Of a stretch of DNA of 64,000 bases, positions 34,297 through 46,006 are shown one piece after another. Position 1 is the first letter of the stretch. Every line of letters begins with the position of its first letter. The translations under genes were made by a program, and so were the position numbers. The notes beneath the pieces were generated by a model. It did no database searches, was not told the origin of the DNA, and saw nothing but the letters and a program-made list of their open reading frames with translations. This DNA is from Sporopachydermia quercuum (taxonomy: Eukaryota). The stretch covers positions 74,433-138,432 of the forward strand of contig BCGN01000007.1 in the NCBI GenBank assembly GCA_001599295.1, in the 5' to 3' direction.

Positions 34297-35162
34297 GTTT
34301 TGCGTTTTATTCCAACGGCTACTTAAATTGCCTCTACTCAAATGTAAGCTTTTATTTCCAATGCAATTTCTGCTCTTGAAAAGGTATCTTTTCGCATCAA
34401 CATTACCACAGACGCTGTAAGTTCCGGTGCGATTGAAATAGGAATTTACCGTATGTACTGGCAAGTAGTAATGGTGCTTCCCGGAAAATGAGAAGCCTAC
34501 AGCCGATCTCAGCGGCTGTATGAGATATGGAATTTCGCTAAACAACGCTGCTTTACAATGGTGATCACGCTGTTGCTGAATCAAAGCAGAATGCTGAAAT
34601 AAACGGCAACTCAACTAGTTTTATGGTAGTTGGAATCAAATGAGAGCACGAAAACGGGGAAAAGAATAGAAAGTGGTGGTGGGGTTGAGAGTTTGGTTCT
34701 ATGGAGTTAGAATTGTGGTTGTTCGAGTTGTTATTTGTGGATTCTTGATGGTTCTTTGTTCATGGGTTTTGATTGTGGTTTGTAGTTTGTGCTTTTTATT
34801 ACTTCTTTGTTGATAAATACATACAATCAGACAAAAATTTGGGTTTGGTTTCTGTTACAAATGGAAATACTGAAATGAGATGTGAAGCTAAACGGAGAAG
34901 ATATAATTCATTAACAATAACTATAAGAATATGGGATTTGCATGATGGATGTTTCACGGTTGATTAGTAATAGAGGTTTGAAGTATCTTTCACTTCTTAA
35001 ATTATATATTTGAGATAATGTTATGAGCCAGTTTTTTGTTATTATCTAGTTATTTTAGATCTTATTTCCCTTTCTATGTCTTTACCATCAACAACCTTTG
35101 AATGGTACCGAACCAAAAACTATGAGACAAATATAATCTCCGAAGCTATCTATGAACACGAA

Positions 35163-35351
35163 ACGCGTAAAAAAAAAAGTCACGGGACGTATAATATTAC
35201 AAGCAAGTGAGATCAAGTTATTATTCTGCCAATAGTTCGTCTACTCAAAACTGTTATTAAAAACGTGCTGATTTTGGAAGTATTGGATCTGAATTCTTGA
35301 TCATTATTTTGACGGTTTTTTCAGNGTAAACCCTCCCATTTTTCCACGCGT
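35163..35351. promoter_or_regulatory. Two MCB elements (ACGCGT) in the divergent PIF1/OGG1 promoter
   Basis: ACGCGT at 35163-35168 and 35346-35351, lying between two DNA-metabolism genes. MBF binds this element in yeasts. Confidence 0.6.
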
Positions 35352-35389
35352 TTTTTTAACTACATTTCATTCTGATTCCAATATTGACT

Positions 35390-36919
35390 ATGGGAAAAAT
35401 GGATTGGCAATCGATAGCAGTTCCTCAAAGTGTAAGTAATTGTATTCTGATAATTATCCTGATTCATCTTGATACTTTTATTCTGTTCTTTTGATCTTCT
35501 TTCATTTTTGAAAACCATAGTTCTTTCACTTCCTCTATATTGAAGAAACCTACTAACCGCTCATCATAGGAACTGAGCTTGGCCAAAGTGCTTCGGTGTG
35601 GTCAAACATTCAGGTAAGTCGTTCTTTCAAGCAGCAGGTATCCACAATTTCTCACTCAAATTTCCTTCTAACACTTTCTAGATGGAAAAACATCGACAAT
35701 ATATGGACATGTGCGCTTAAAGGCAGAGTGATCCTACTGAAGCAAGACAGTCAATACCTTTATTATAAGGACGTTTTTCCTGTACACGATGATAAAACTA
35801 ATGCAAAGTCTACTACTAGACCCCCAAGCAATTTATCATCGACTGCCTCCATTATTCAGGACTATTTCAATCTGTCCGTCAAAGTAAACGATTTATATCA
35901 GGAATGGTCAAAAAAGGATAAAAACTTTGCTAATAGATCAAGTGCTTATGAAGGTATAAGAATACTAAGACAAGATCCGTGGGAGAACTTATGCAGTTTT
36001 ATATGCAGTTCCAATAACAACGTCAAGCGAATATCTTCCATGGTTGAAAGCTTATGTGTATATTTTGGTGATTATATTGCAACTGTTGATGGGGTTGAAT
36101 ATTATGATTTCCCATCTCCGGATGCTCTAGCAAAGCCCACTGTTGAAGCAGTCTTGAGGAATAAATTGAATTTTGGTTATAGAGCAAAATATATTCAGCG
36201 AACAGCAGAGGCAGTGAGCAAAGATTCTCAAGGGCTTGAAAAGCTCTTTGAATTAAGAGAGAAGCCTTATAAAGCGTGTGTTGAGCATTTATTACAGTTT
36301 ACAGGTGTGGGACCTAAAGTAGCTGACTGCGTGGTAAGTGTTATTTGATAGTATGAAGTATCAGTTGTATTTTTACGTTTTGTAGCTTACACTCTTGATC
36401 TTTTTCTCTTTATTTCTATTTATTAGCTATTTATTTCTTATCTAACAATTGCAGTGTTTAATGAGCCTTGATAAACATTCCTGTGTTCCTATTGATGTAC
36501 ACGTTCATAAAATAGCTACTAGAGACTACAAATTTAAACTACCAAAAGGTGCCGCCACAGGAACCCTGTCGAAGAAAGTGTATGAAGCTATTGGTGATGC
36601 TTTTGTTAAATTATGGGGGGAATATGCTGGTTGGGCACATTCAGTACTGTTTGCTGCGGATTTAAGGGATTTGAATAATGGCTTTAATGAGCAAAGATCA
36701 TTAGGACCATCAGGTGGAGGTAAGGATGGAAATGAGGCCGTGAAAGTGGAATTGGACTTGGAAGAGAGGAAAGTAGAAATCAAATTGGAAGAGAAAACAA
36801 GTATTAAGAAAGGCTCATTGGAACGACAAGAAGTAGTTGAAAATAACTATACTCATGACAACATACCAAGGAAAAGACTTCGAATGAGAGTTAAAACAGA
36901 GATCGAAGTAAAGACATAA
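35390..36919 (+). CDS. OGG1: 8-oxoguanine DNA glycosylase; 4 exons (35390-35431, 35570-35613, 35682-36333, 36455-36919)
   Basis: Spliced ELSLAKVLRCGQTFRW, GIRILRQDPWENLCSFICSSNNN, HhH motif GVGPKVADCV/CLM, VPIDVHV and WGEYAGWAHSVLF. Three GTAAGT..CTAAC..YAG introns. Confidence 0.95.
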
Positions 36920-37229
36920 ACTAGGAAAAGGAATAACGTAGAACTGAAAGGAGAAAGAAAGGAAGGAGAATCAATAGAAAGTATAGCTCTATGTTAAAGT
37001 TCTGTAGGGCAAAAATAATAACTTTGGTGAATTTAATTATAATACGTAAATGAAGAAGTTCACAAGTGGAGCTCTTGTTATATATTGTCCATTAAATAGC
37101 GTCGAAAAGAGATGGTATTGACTATAGTATGTCTTATCTCTTCTTCTCCTACACTTTTTCTACTTCATAACAAGAATTGTTATTCCTATACTGTCAAATA
37201 TATACACGAAACTAACCTCTATATAGGAA

Positions 37230-38156
37230 CTATTTCTCTTTCTCATCTTCTTCAACTTCAATTTCATTTTCGTCTTCTTCAGTTTCACCTTTGTCGGTTT
37301 CAGCTGCTAAATATCCTTTAACTGCTAGAACCTCCTTATTTGGAGGAACAACATTACCTGCTTCACGATAAGACTTCACAGCTCGAAAGGCTTGAGCCAT
37401 TGATTCTTCGTCATGACCAGCAGTAAAAACGATGAAATGTTCACCAATATCTTGTAATCCTTCTAGACCTTCCGTATCTATAAACTGTTTAAATCTATCA
37501 AACTTCAATTGAGCAATATGTTTCACACCTTCAACGTACTCTAAAGTAACAGGAATCTCAGTCAAATTTTCAATATTAATTCCATAGAAAGCATACAAAT
37601 ATCTATCTAATTGAGTTCCTTTATCTCCATGCTTCTTTCTACCCGCGCCCAAATACTTCTTTCTGAATGTCTTCATATAGGCCTCCTTTTCTGCAGAGAA
37701 CGCATCATTAGTGTTCTTCCAACCATGATACCTTTCACTTAATGATTGTCTGATATGATTCATGGTAAGCTTTAATCTTTCGTCATAATTTTCAAAAGAA
37801 GAACCATGATAAGGAGATTTCATTTCCTTTTCAACTAATCTGTGTTCTCGAGCTGTGATGTTTCTTTCCTTCAGCGTAACATACCACAGTTGATGTAAAT
37901 CAGCAAACGACTTTTTACGCAGTTCTTGAACAGTCCAAGGTCTTCCCGTAGCGTCTAGCTCTTCTGGTGTGCGGAGGTACTTCCTATCTGAGAAGAACTG
38001 CCATAGAGGATGGTCATCCGGGACTTGGATATTGGCGACAGTTGGTTCAATAGGAGGCTTCAACGTAATGCCTTTTCGCAATCTGATTGTTGTGGTAGTT
38101 GTTGAGTGTAGCAATCGACATGATTGTCGGTTTAAAAGCAGAGTAGATTTGACCAT
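37230..38156 (-). CDS. MRPL4: Mitochondrial ribosomal protein uL29m
   Basis: HPLWQFF and [29 protein letters not shown] motifs, with a basic presequence-like N-terminus. Confidence 0.92.
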   Translation of the reverse strand: MVKSTLLLNRQSCRLLHSTTTTTIRLRKGITLKPPIEPTVANIQVPDDHPLWQFFSDRKYLRTPEELDATGRPWTVQELRKKSFADLHQLWYVTLKERNITAREHRLVEKEMKSPYHGSSFENYDERLKLTMNHIRQSLSERYHGWKNTNDAFSAEKEAYMKTFRKKYLGAGRKKHGDKGTQLDRYLYAFYGINIENLTEIPVTLEYVEGVKHIAQLKFDRFKQFIDTEGLEGLQDIGEHFIVFTAGHDEESMAQAFRAVKSYREAGNVVPPNKEVLAVKGYLAAETDKGETEEDENEIEVEEDEKEK

Positions 38157-39569
38157 ACTGTTGTGATGATGGTGTTAATATTTAAGCAGACGATATTATC
38201 CAATAAGCAAAATAATACAAAACAAAGGTAGTTTGTACAATGTTTTGCTTTACGACTTTTATAAAGGAAGCATTGGTTGAGAAATGCTGAAGGAGAATAA
38301 ATAATGGTAACGACCAAATAACGTATTCGTGGAAAGCTTGGTGTTTATGTTCTCTATGGTTGTGGTGACATAATCTGTGGTTTTTAATAGGTTTATTTGT
38401 ATACAGAACTTGTGGTTAAACCACACAAACCAAATCTTGTGATCGTTGGTTTTTTACTCATTAGCTCTTTGTACTATATTTATTATATTTATTATGTGAG
38501 TCCATTTGTGTATAGAAAATTTTGACTTGGACGACACCCATGCATCGCAGTTTGATGTCTCAATAGAAATTGGGATGATACGCGATCTTTGGGTAAGAGT
38601 CAGTAGATCTAGATAGGAAGGAAGAAAAGGGCTAGTTCACTCAAAGCTTGGATACTTAGATAATTGATATTAATAGATATTGAGAATAATCTCTAATTAA
38701 TAATCAGCTAGTGCTTCTGAGTACTTCACAGTCTAATTCTAATGAACTTATTTCACTATTCGTTTAGAATCCCTACCCTCTCATAATCGCCGTAACTACC
38801 ATTATGTTCTCCGAAATTTACTGCACACAGTTATTGCGCTTTACTCAATAGCAAAACACCCAGCTCAAACTTCTCGATTTCTCTCAATTTTCACCCAACA
38901 GATATATCGACCCATTTGTTCACTTTCCCTTTTCCCATACTAACATTTACCCCCTCAGTATCAAATAATTCACCTGCCAAATAACTATATCACCTCCTGA
39001 ACTTCCTCTTATCACTTCTTCCCGGAAACTATCCTTTCTCCTCATCATCTCCGTAATTTGCACTTACAAGCTGTCTGTCCCTTTTTTCTTCTCTCCATTC
39101 ATTTATGTACTTCTCAACAGACAGACTGTACTTTATAAGTACTATTGACGGTACTGAATACTAACAAGAGCTTACGATTCCTGGTAATCGTTATCTCATA
39201 CCGCATTGTAGACTACGGAGCAAGTTATCAACAACTGAACTATTCATTAAGTAGATTAAACTGTCGGCGTATTGCAGAATTGTTCTGGTAAAGAATCACC
39301 ACCCACTATCAGCTGCAGCACAACTATTAGCTATTATCTACCAGTTATTTTCTAAATATCTATTAGATACTGTTAGTGTATAAGTCAATAATCAATAACA
39401 ACGAATCGGTACTTCCACAAAGCTTGATCCAGCTGTTTGACAACAAAAACAACTCATAGCTCTTATCCCGATCTTCTGCAGCATACATTGTTTCACCACA
39501 NTGCAACAATCAACAGAATTTAACGTCGAACCCAAACTTCCTATATAATATACAGCATAAATACCCACA

Positions 39570-40520
39570 ATGGCTGAGACAACAACTGAACCAACTGCTA
39601 GTTCAACTGAAAGCGAGTCTCAACAATCGGAACCTCTGGATTTGATTAAACTGTGTATTGATGAAATAGTTGTGGTGAAAGTGAGAGGTGATCGTGAATT
39701 AAAAGGAAGACTTCATGTAAGTATTAATTTTGCAGAAGGAAGAAGGAAGAAGGATTGAAATGATCATGATAGTGATAATTATAATGGTAATGAGAAAAAA
39801 TAGTCATGAGAATTATAATAGCAATAAGCCGAATTATGAACGAAGTCGTTTCACTGTCTATGTAAACCAGATGAACTGATTTCAGCTACATACTTCAACA
39901 ATATTTCTACTGTTCATCACCACTCCTATTTTACCACATTACTATAATATTAAAACTGTTGCTATTTTTTGAATTAATGAACTATTTGTTTTATCATCGA
40001 CAATGCAACAACTAAGCTATTGGTGAACTGAGCGTTTCACCAATAGTTCAATTGCATTTAGCTATTTGATGAAATCAATAGAAATAAAACAGATTTTATG
40101 ACAAAAAGGAAAATAGAATGCAAATTATTCTAACCATATGTGTCTTCTTCTGCTTGTATTACTGTTGTTGAATATTTGATTGGTACTTATTTGAAGTAGC
40201 ATAGGTATACGTAAGAGTTGTTAGTTACTCTGGTAACTTTTTATAGAATTTTGACTACTACTACTATTTCTGCTACTGCTACTGGTAGCATCATTATTTT
40301 CAATGCTTGATCATTCAGTTTATTGCTTCTACTTCAATTACTAACAAACATTCATTAGGCTTATGATTCGCATTGCAATTTGATTCTCAGTAATATAACA
40401 GAGACAATATCTGAACTTCTCAATGAAAGCGGGACTAAGAAGAAAACAACAAAAACTTCAGAAATGATGTTTGTTAGAGGTGATAGTGTTATTCTTATAA
40501 GTCCTCCTTCTGGTATTTAA
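39570..40520 (+). CDS. LSM3: Sm-like protein Lsm3; exons 39570-39716 and 40359-40520
   Basis: [40 protein letters not shown]...[16 protein letters not shown] across a GTAAGT..TACTAAC..TAG intron (39717-40358). Confidence 0.93.
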
Positions 40521-41659
40521 TATAATGTAATAGTAATTATTGTTCGAATAGAAGATTATGATAATTAGTAAGACAAAAAATGGAGTCAATCAAGAGGAGA
40601 TAAATAGAGGAAATGAGAGAATGAGAGTAATTACTATTTACAAAAATAGTATTAATGTCACTGTTAATTTATGTCACACTATTGCATCAATACCATAAAT
40701 ACACTATTCATTTATTACATCAACACATTAATTCAAATTCTACATTGTCCTTCTCTTCCAGCTAGCTTGTGACATTGGTTAAACATGTGAATTAATTACT
40801 GTTTGTCTGTTATTCTATTATTCATCATTATCTGATCTATCAATATACTGAGAATATTCAGTCAAGATTAGTAAATAAATATAGTGATAATTTGTGAAAA
40901 CGTTGAGATAATAAATAACAAAGCAAAATGTAATCATGTATATACAACTCCTAGAAATAGGTAAAGAAATATCGTTTCAACAACATCGTCCTGTTTACTG
41001 CTTCGCTTCAGTATCGAGTCAAACAGACTATAGCGCTCCTCCATTATGTTATCACTATGCTATGCAGTTCCATTTGTACCAATCTCCTTTCATTACCAAT
41101 TCTCTTATAGAGGAAAGTGAAAACATAAAAGACCAGTTGAAGATAACGGCAAAGATACTACAAGAATTATTATGTTGGAAGTTATGTAAATTAACCTTAT
41201 GACTATAATTAAGAAAATGACCCAATTTCCAGTTTTTGCAAGCTCTTGTTTAGTTATTGTAATGATTAGGACACATTATTGATGTCTTTGGCAGTCTGAG
41301 GATCTCAATCATAACAAACTATACTAATATTTCATAGTACTGAAAAGGATCCATCATTCAATAAGATGATTATTTGATATTATACTCATACTTTAATACT
41401 CGAAAGGAAGTAGTGTTTTCATTATATTCACTCTACTTAAATTATGGTAATTCTGCGTTAACTGCGTTAATTAATGTACTAAATTTTGATTGANGTAATT
41501 GATGTTGACAGAAACTATAAATGCAACAATAGTTGTTACAGCATTAATTATCTTCCAGAATCGATATTTACATTAATTAACCTACCAGATTAATACTTAC
41601 ATTAATTATTCTCTTCTGACTATCTTCATTGTTTATACATTTGTTCAACACATTTCCTT

Positions 41660-44600
41660 CTATACCGAATTTCTACGAACATGATCAGACCTCACCTTCC
41701 CTTTGGCTCCTGTAGCCCCAGCTATAATAGGCATTCTTCCTTCAATCTTCAACTGCTCCATAACCTCATTGCAATAAACACTTCCAATGCTCAATATCTC
41801 GTCGAACTTACCAAAGTCCAACGTGGCAATATTATCTACTGGTGGCCGCATATATAAAACCCCTGGCGTGTTTTTAGCTTCTTCCAATGCTTTAACGGAT
41901 GAAACATAGGCCAACCTTTGCTGGATTTCCGCTAAACTTGGCACATTTGGATGTTTTGAGAATATGTTCCAACGGTTGAAAACAACCCAGGCTCCTGATA
42001 ACGTATCTCCGTATCTCATAGGTGTAGTATCGTCAATAGATCCAACATCAACGGCAATAACGGTTGCTGCTCCAAGGGATTTCATTTCCTGTACAGTCAA
42101 GTTATCCATGTATCCTCCATCAAGTAACATACTTCCATTGTCTTCTAATGGTGGCAGCAATCCGGCCAATGACATAGATGCTCTAATGTATCGCCAAGCG
42201 TATCCAAATCTATGGATTTCCATTCTGGAATGAGTGATATTCGTGGTATTGGCATAAAAGGGTAACCAGAAGTCCTCAATGCGTGAATCTCCAAATGCCT
42301 TCCAAATCCCTCGGTTGAATTCATGTCCTGTTGTGTATGCTGTTGTAGGATATGTTAAATCCAATACCATTCGCCATAAACTAGAGACTCTGTTGGCAAA
42401 CTGTTTGGCTCTGCCGTAAATCGGGACTAAATCATAATCTCTAGCATATAAACCACCAACAAATGAACCAATAGACGTCCCTCCTACTAAATCTATTGGG
42501 ATTGCTAGTTCTTCAAGGACTTTGATGACCCCCAAATGAGATATACCTCTTGCCCCTCCCCCGCCAAGAACCAATCCAACGGCTTGTCCGGATAGAAGTC
42601 TTGCTAGTCGTTTGAAATCATCTTTGTGAGGTTGGCTTGAAGCTGCGGGGTACCGTCTCGAGCCTCGGTAGGACGTCCATTTCCATTTATCCATGCCGGG
42701 GATATTATACCGAGCTTCTAGATCTTCTCGGAGGGTTTTAAGTTTGAATCTGAGTTTATTCCATCCGGGCGGCGATCGGAACGTTTCAAACCGGTTAAAT
42801 TTGGGTCTGGCACCGTTTTGCTGAGCGGAATTCCCTATTCCTGTCGAAAAGAGCACGTGATGGTGACTTTGCACCCACAATCGGCTCTGCAGCCAAGCAT
42901 GTGTTGAGCCAGCAATAACCGATTTCTCAGCATGGAGAAGAACTAGTTCCGTCCGGGCGGATGAGCCGAGCTTTACCAGTTTCCGTTCAAACTCTCCGAT
43001 GTCTGGCTCGGCATCTCCGTCGGCTATCAGGAGTACACAATCGGCTTGTTGAATGCATGTACGAGTCCAAGCCGAATTAGCTGCGGTATCGGCTATATAN
43101 ACCACCTGATTGTATCGATCTTCCAGATCTGCAAAGTAGCCTGACATTTTAAGCTGCGCCATCTTATCAAAGGCTCTTTTGCCTAAATGGGAAATAAATG
43201 AGGCTTGAGTTAAGGGAATTACCCGTTGTCCGACATCCTGTAAAGCCGAAACTAAGCGTTCTCCGAATTCTTCCACCGGTAATCCGGAAACAACTGGAAG
43301 GATAGTGATTGTCCGAATATTCTGCCGAGGGTTAGGCCCGTTGGAGATCGAGGTGATAGTCGATCGGCCTAATCCAGACTGTTTCTGCTGTTCTGACCGG
43401 AGTCGGGACGCCACTTTCCGGGATATTTCAATTGTGATTGACGGATTTAGTCGGGCAAGCACTTCAAATAGACTTCTCGGAAGCCGGGCGGCTTCGGAAT
43501 AACGGACTGCAATCACCGAGCTTGTATTTTTACTAGCAGTTAACACATCAACTTCTCCTACCGATTCTCCCGCGCTGTACTCCTCAATGACCCGGACGGA
43601 ACGATCATTACGGTTATTACCGCCGGCTCTGGGTTCAGAGTTCCCGGTTTCTTCCGACTTCTGAGCGTCCATCCCATTCCTATTTCCCTGATGTCGAATA
43701 TCCTGTACCGCCCGAAACCTTCCGTTGAGAACTATATATATTGCATCCGCTTCCGAACCCTGCGTGACCAACACGCGGCCGGCATCAACGTTAACCCATT
43801 CCATAGCTAAATCCATATACATAAGCAAAGGATTAAGGTTGTTCTTCAATGTTCTAGCAATTGAAAGGTAAATAAACGGATACCGTTCGCATAGATCTTC
43901 CGAGGCATCTCGAGATAAGAAGCCGACAACGGAGTCAGTTTCTGCAGTAATTGTAGCATAGGATCTAGATCCCATTAGACTCCCGGGAATTCCCGTTATT
44001 CCCCCCGGCAAAATATAGGAGATTATGGTCTCCGAGGCGGGATTGGAGTTAGAGTTTGAGGTTTTCCGATATGAAATCCGCAATTTGCCATCTACCACAA
44101 AATACATCCCGTCATGATCTCCATTCTGAGCTATCATTTCTGTCCCGGCTTCTACCGCAAATACTTCTAATGCAAGTGAAACGTCTCTTTGAGCTGCTTC
44201 AAATTCCCGAGCAATCAGATTTGCCGAGAAATTTCTAGGCTCGGATGTTCCGTCAATAGGTTTCATTGCCGGAGTTAAGATTCTCGGAGATGTTGTTCGA
44301 TGAGAATTAATGCCGTTGTTGCTATAGCTGCTAAGATGATTATTTCCGATATACATATCCAAAGAGCTTTTCTCTATCCCAAGAACGGAAAAGATGCCTT
44401 CGGCAATGGCGGCTCGTAAAGCGGCATCTTCCGTTTCGTCCCGCGATCCAACAAACATACTGTTCAAGTTTGCTGAAGAATTGGATTCTCGTAGTAGTTG
44501 AGGACCCGACGCCTTTCGCGATATCGGAACACTTGTTAGAAGGTCTCCGGGATGATATCCGTCTTCAGGAGAAAGAGTCACATGACGAGACCTCGGAGCT

Positions 44601-46006
44601 ACATGGGATTTTTGGAAGCTTGTCCGGAATGTCATTGAAGGCCGAATTCTGTCCATCGGTTTTATAGTTTTCTCGGAATTACCACCCGTGTGTTTCCGCA
44701 GTTTCATCCGGGCATACCGTTTCAGGTAGCTCGGAATGTCACATGAACAGTTAGCGTTGATTTTGGCTTCCGATTCGTATATTTCTTCCGTTAAACCTAA
44801 ATAATAATGGGCTGTTTGAAACGTAACTCTTTGTAATCTAGCCATGATTATTTGTACTATATGTACTGTTGCCTGAGGGTATAAATGAACGATTCTTTGG
44901 AAAGCTTCGGCAGGAATTGTGGCGATTGAGCAATCTTTAGCTGCTCTTGCGATGATTTGGGGGCTATTTTTAGGTTTCGGGGTACTTCGGGTTTGATTTG
45001 GTGGGGAATTGTTTCCGCTATATCCATTTGTTCCGCTATGATCTCCGGTACGGTCTCCATTATAGTCTTTGTTTCCANTATCATTCGTACTCTCAGCTAA
45101 TGATAAATCGGAAATCAGTGGTAGCGTAGGAACAGACTCAACACCAAGAGAGTCTTTATGATCTCCGAAATATCCCCCCAAATCCATGCTACCATATATG
45201 CTCCCATTTCCCCCATTCATATCATCTTCAGTTCCACTCCCATTCCCATTAGTAAATAAAGATAAAATCGTTAATAAAGACGTCAAAGGTGCTCCTGTTT
45301 TAACCTCATTCAATAACTGATAACTTTCCCCATTCAGTTCATAGCAGTCAGAAGCATAATGGCGATTGTTATTAGCGCCAGTAGCTAATTTAGCATATAG
45401 CTGCACAGTACCTTCTACAACAATAGAAAATCCAATTTGCTCGTCCAACAAAATAACATCTCCTTCATCAAGCTTATGCGTTTGAATATTCCTTGTAAGC
45501 TCGTGAAACACTGGCTTATCAATATAACCAAATAGTTTAATTGCTGATAGAAATTGGTCTAAATAAGTAGTGAATCCGGAGTGGCTTTCTTGAACGTCAT
45601 CCATAAACATGTCAAGTTTGGTGTCTTCTCTAGTAGAATCTGCTGGTAATCGTGAATAGACTGTTAAAATTCGATATCTTATTATCAAAGCCATTGTTCC
45701 ATTGATGATGATGAATATCAGTAGTAGAGAAGAGTATGAAAGAGTGATTGAAACATTAGAGCTTAAGAATGATAAAACGAAGGCTGGAATGTGATAGAGA
45801 AAAAACCCTAGTAGTTTGAACGAAATCCATGAAATGCTTTGAATAATATAAGGAAGTGGAGTAGTTGTAGATGCATCATGATTGGANGCCAGCGGTAAAT
45901 CCAATAAATATAAGGATGAGGATGAGGATGAGGATAAGGATAAGGATGATGACGAGAATGTCAACTCCTGTTGAAAGGAACTTGAAATGCTTGAAACTTC
46001 ACTCAT
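41660..46006 (-). CDS. NTE1: Neuropathy target esterase-type lysophospholipase (cNMP domains plus patatin domain)
   Basis: N-terminal transmembrane segments, cNMP-like domains, and patatin motifs GGGGARG, GTSIG and LDGGY. Confidence 0.96.
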   Translation of the reverse strand: MSEVSSISSSFQQELTFSSSSLSLSSSSSSSLYLLDLPLXSNHDASTTTPLPYIIQSISWISFKLLGFFLYHIPAFVLSFLSSNVSITLSYSSLLLIFIIINGTMALIIRYRILTVYSRLPADSTREDTKLDMFMDDVQESHSGFTTYLDQFLSAIKLFGYIDKPVFHELTRNIQTHKLDEGDVILLDEQIGFSIVVEGTVQLYAKLATGANNNRHYASDCYELNGESYQLLNEVKTGAPLTSLLTILSLFTNGNGSGTEDDMNGGNGSIYGSMDLGGYFGDHKDSLGVESVPTLPLISDLSLAESTNDXGNKDYNGDRTGDHSGTNGYSGNNSPPNQTRSTPKPKNSPQIIARAAKDCSIATIPAEAFQRIVHLYPQATVHIVQIIMARLQRVTFQTAHYYLGLTEEIYESEAKINANCSCDIPSYLKRYARMKLRKHTGGNSEKTIKPMDRIRPSMTFRTSFQKSHVAPRSRHVTLSPEDGYHPGDLLTSVPISRKASGPQLLRESNSSANLNSMFVGSRDETEDAALRAAIAEGIFSVLGIEKSSLDMYIGNNHLSSYSNNGINSHRTTSPRILTPAMKPIDGTSEPRNFSANLIAREFEAAQRDVSLALEVFAVEAGTEMIAQNGDHDGMYFVVDGKLRISYRKTSNSNSNPASETIISYILPGGITGIPGSLMGSRSYATITAETDSVVGFLSRDASEDLCERYPFIYLSIARTLKNNLNPLLMYMDLAMEWVNVDAGRVLVTQGSEADAIYIVLNGRFRAVQDIRHQGNRNGMDAQKSEETGNSEPRAGGNNRNDRSVRVIEEYSAGESVGEVDVLTASKNTSSVIAVRYSEAARLPRSLFEVLARLNPSITIEISRKVASRLRSEQQKQSGLGRSTITSISNGPNPRQNIRTITILPVVSGLPVEEFGERLVSALQDVGQRVIPLTQASFISHLGKRAFDKMAQLKMSGYFADLEDRYNQVXYIADTAANSAWTRTCIQQADCVLLIADGDAEPDIGEFERKLVKLGSSARTELVLLHAEKSVIAGSTHAWLQSRLWVQSHHHVLFSTGIGNSAQQNGARPKFNRFETFRSPPGWNKLRFKLKTLREDLEARYNIPGMDKWKWTSYRGSRRYPAASSQPHKDDFKRLARLLSGQAVGLVLGGGGARGISHLGVIKVLEELAIPIDLVGGTSIGSFVGGLYARDYDLVPIYGRAKQFANRVSSLWRMVLDLTYPTTAYTTGHEFNRGIWKAFGDSRIEDFWLPFYANTTNITHSRMEIHRFGYAWRYIRASMSLAGLLPPLEDNGSMLLDGGYMDNLTVQEMKSLGAATVIAVDVGSIDDTTPMRYGDTLSGAWVVFNRWNIFSKHPNVPSLAEIQQRLAYVSSVKALEEAKNTPGVLYMRPPVDNIATLDFGKFDEILSIGSVYCNEVMEQLKIEGRMPIIAGATGAKGKVRSDHVRRNSV

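Noticed and set aside
38590..39170. Two TACTAAC branch-like motifs in the MRPL4-LSM3 intergenic region
   Set aside because: I could not assemble a coding exon chain or snoRNA boxes. A UTR intron is possible but unsupported.
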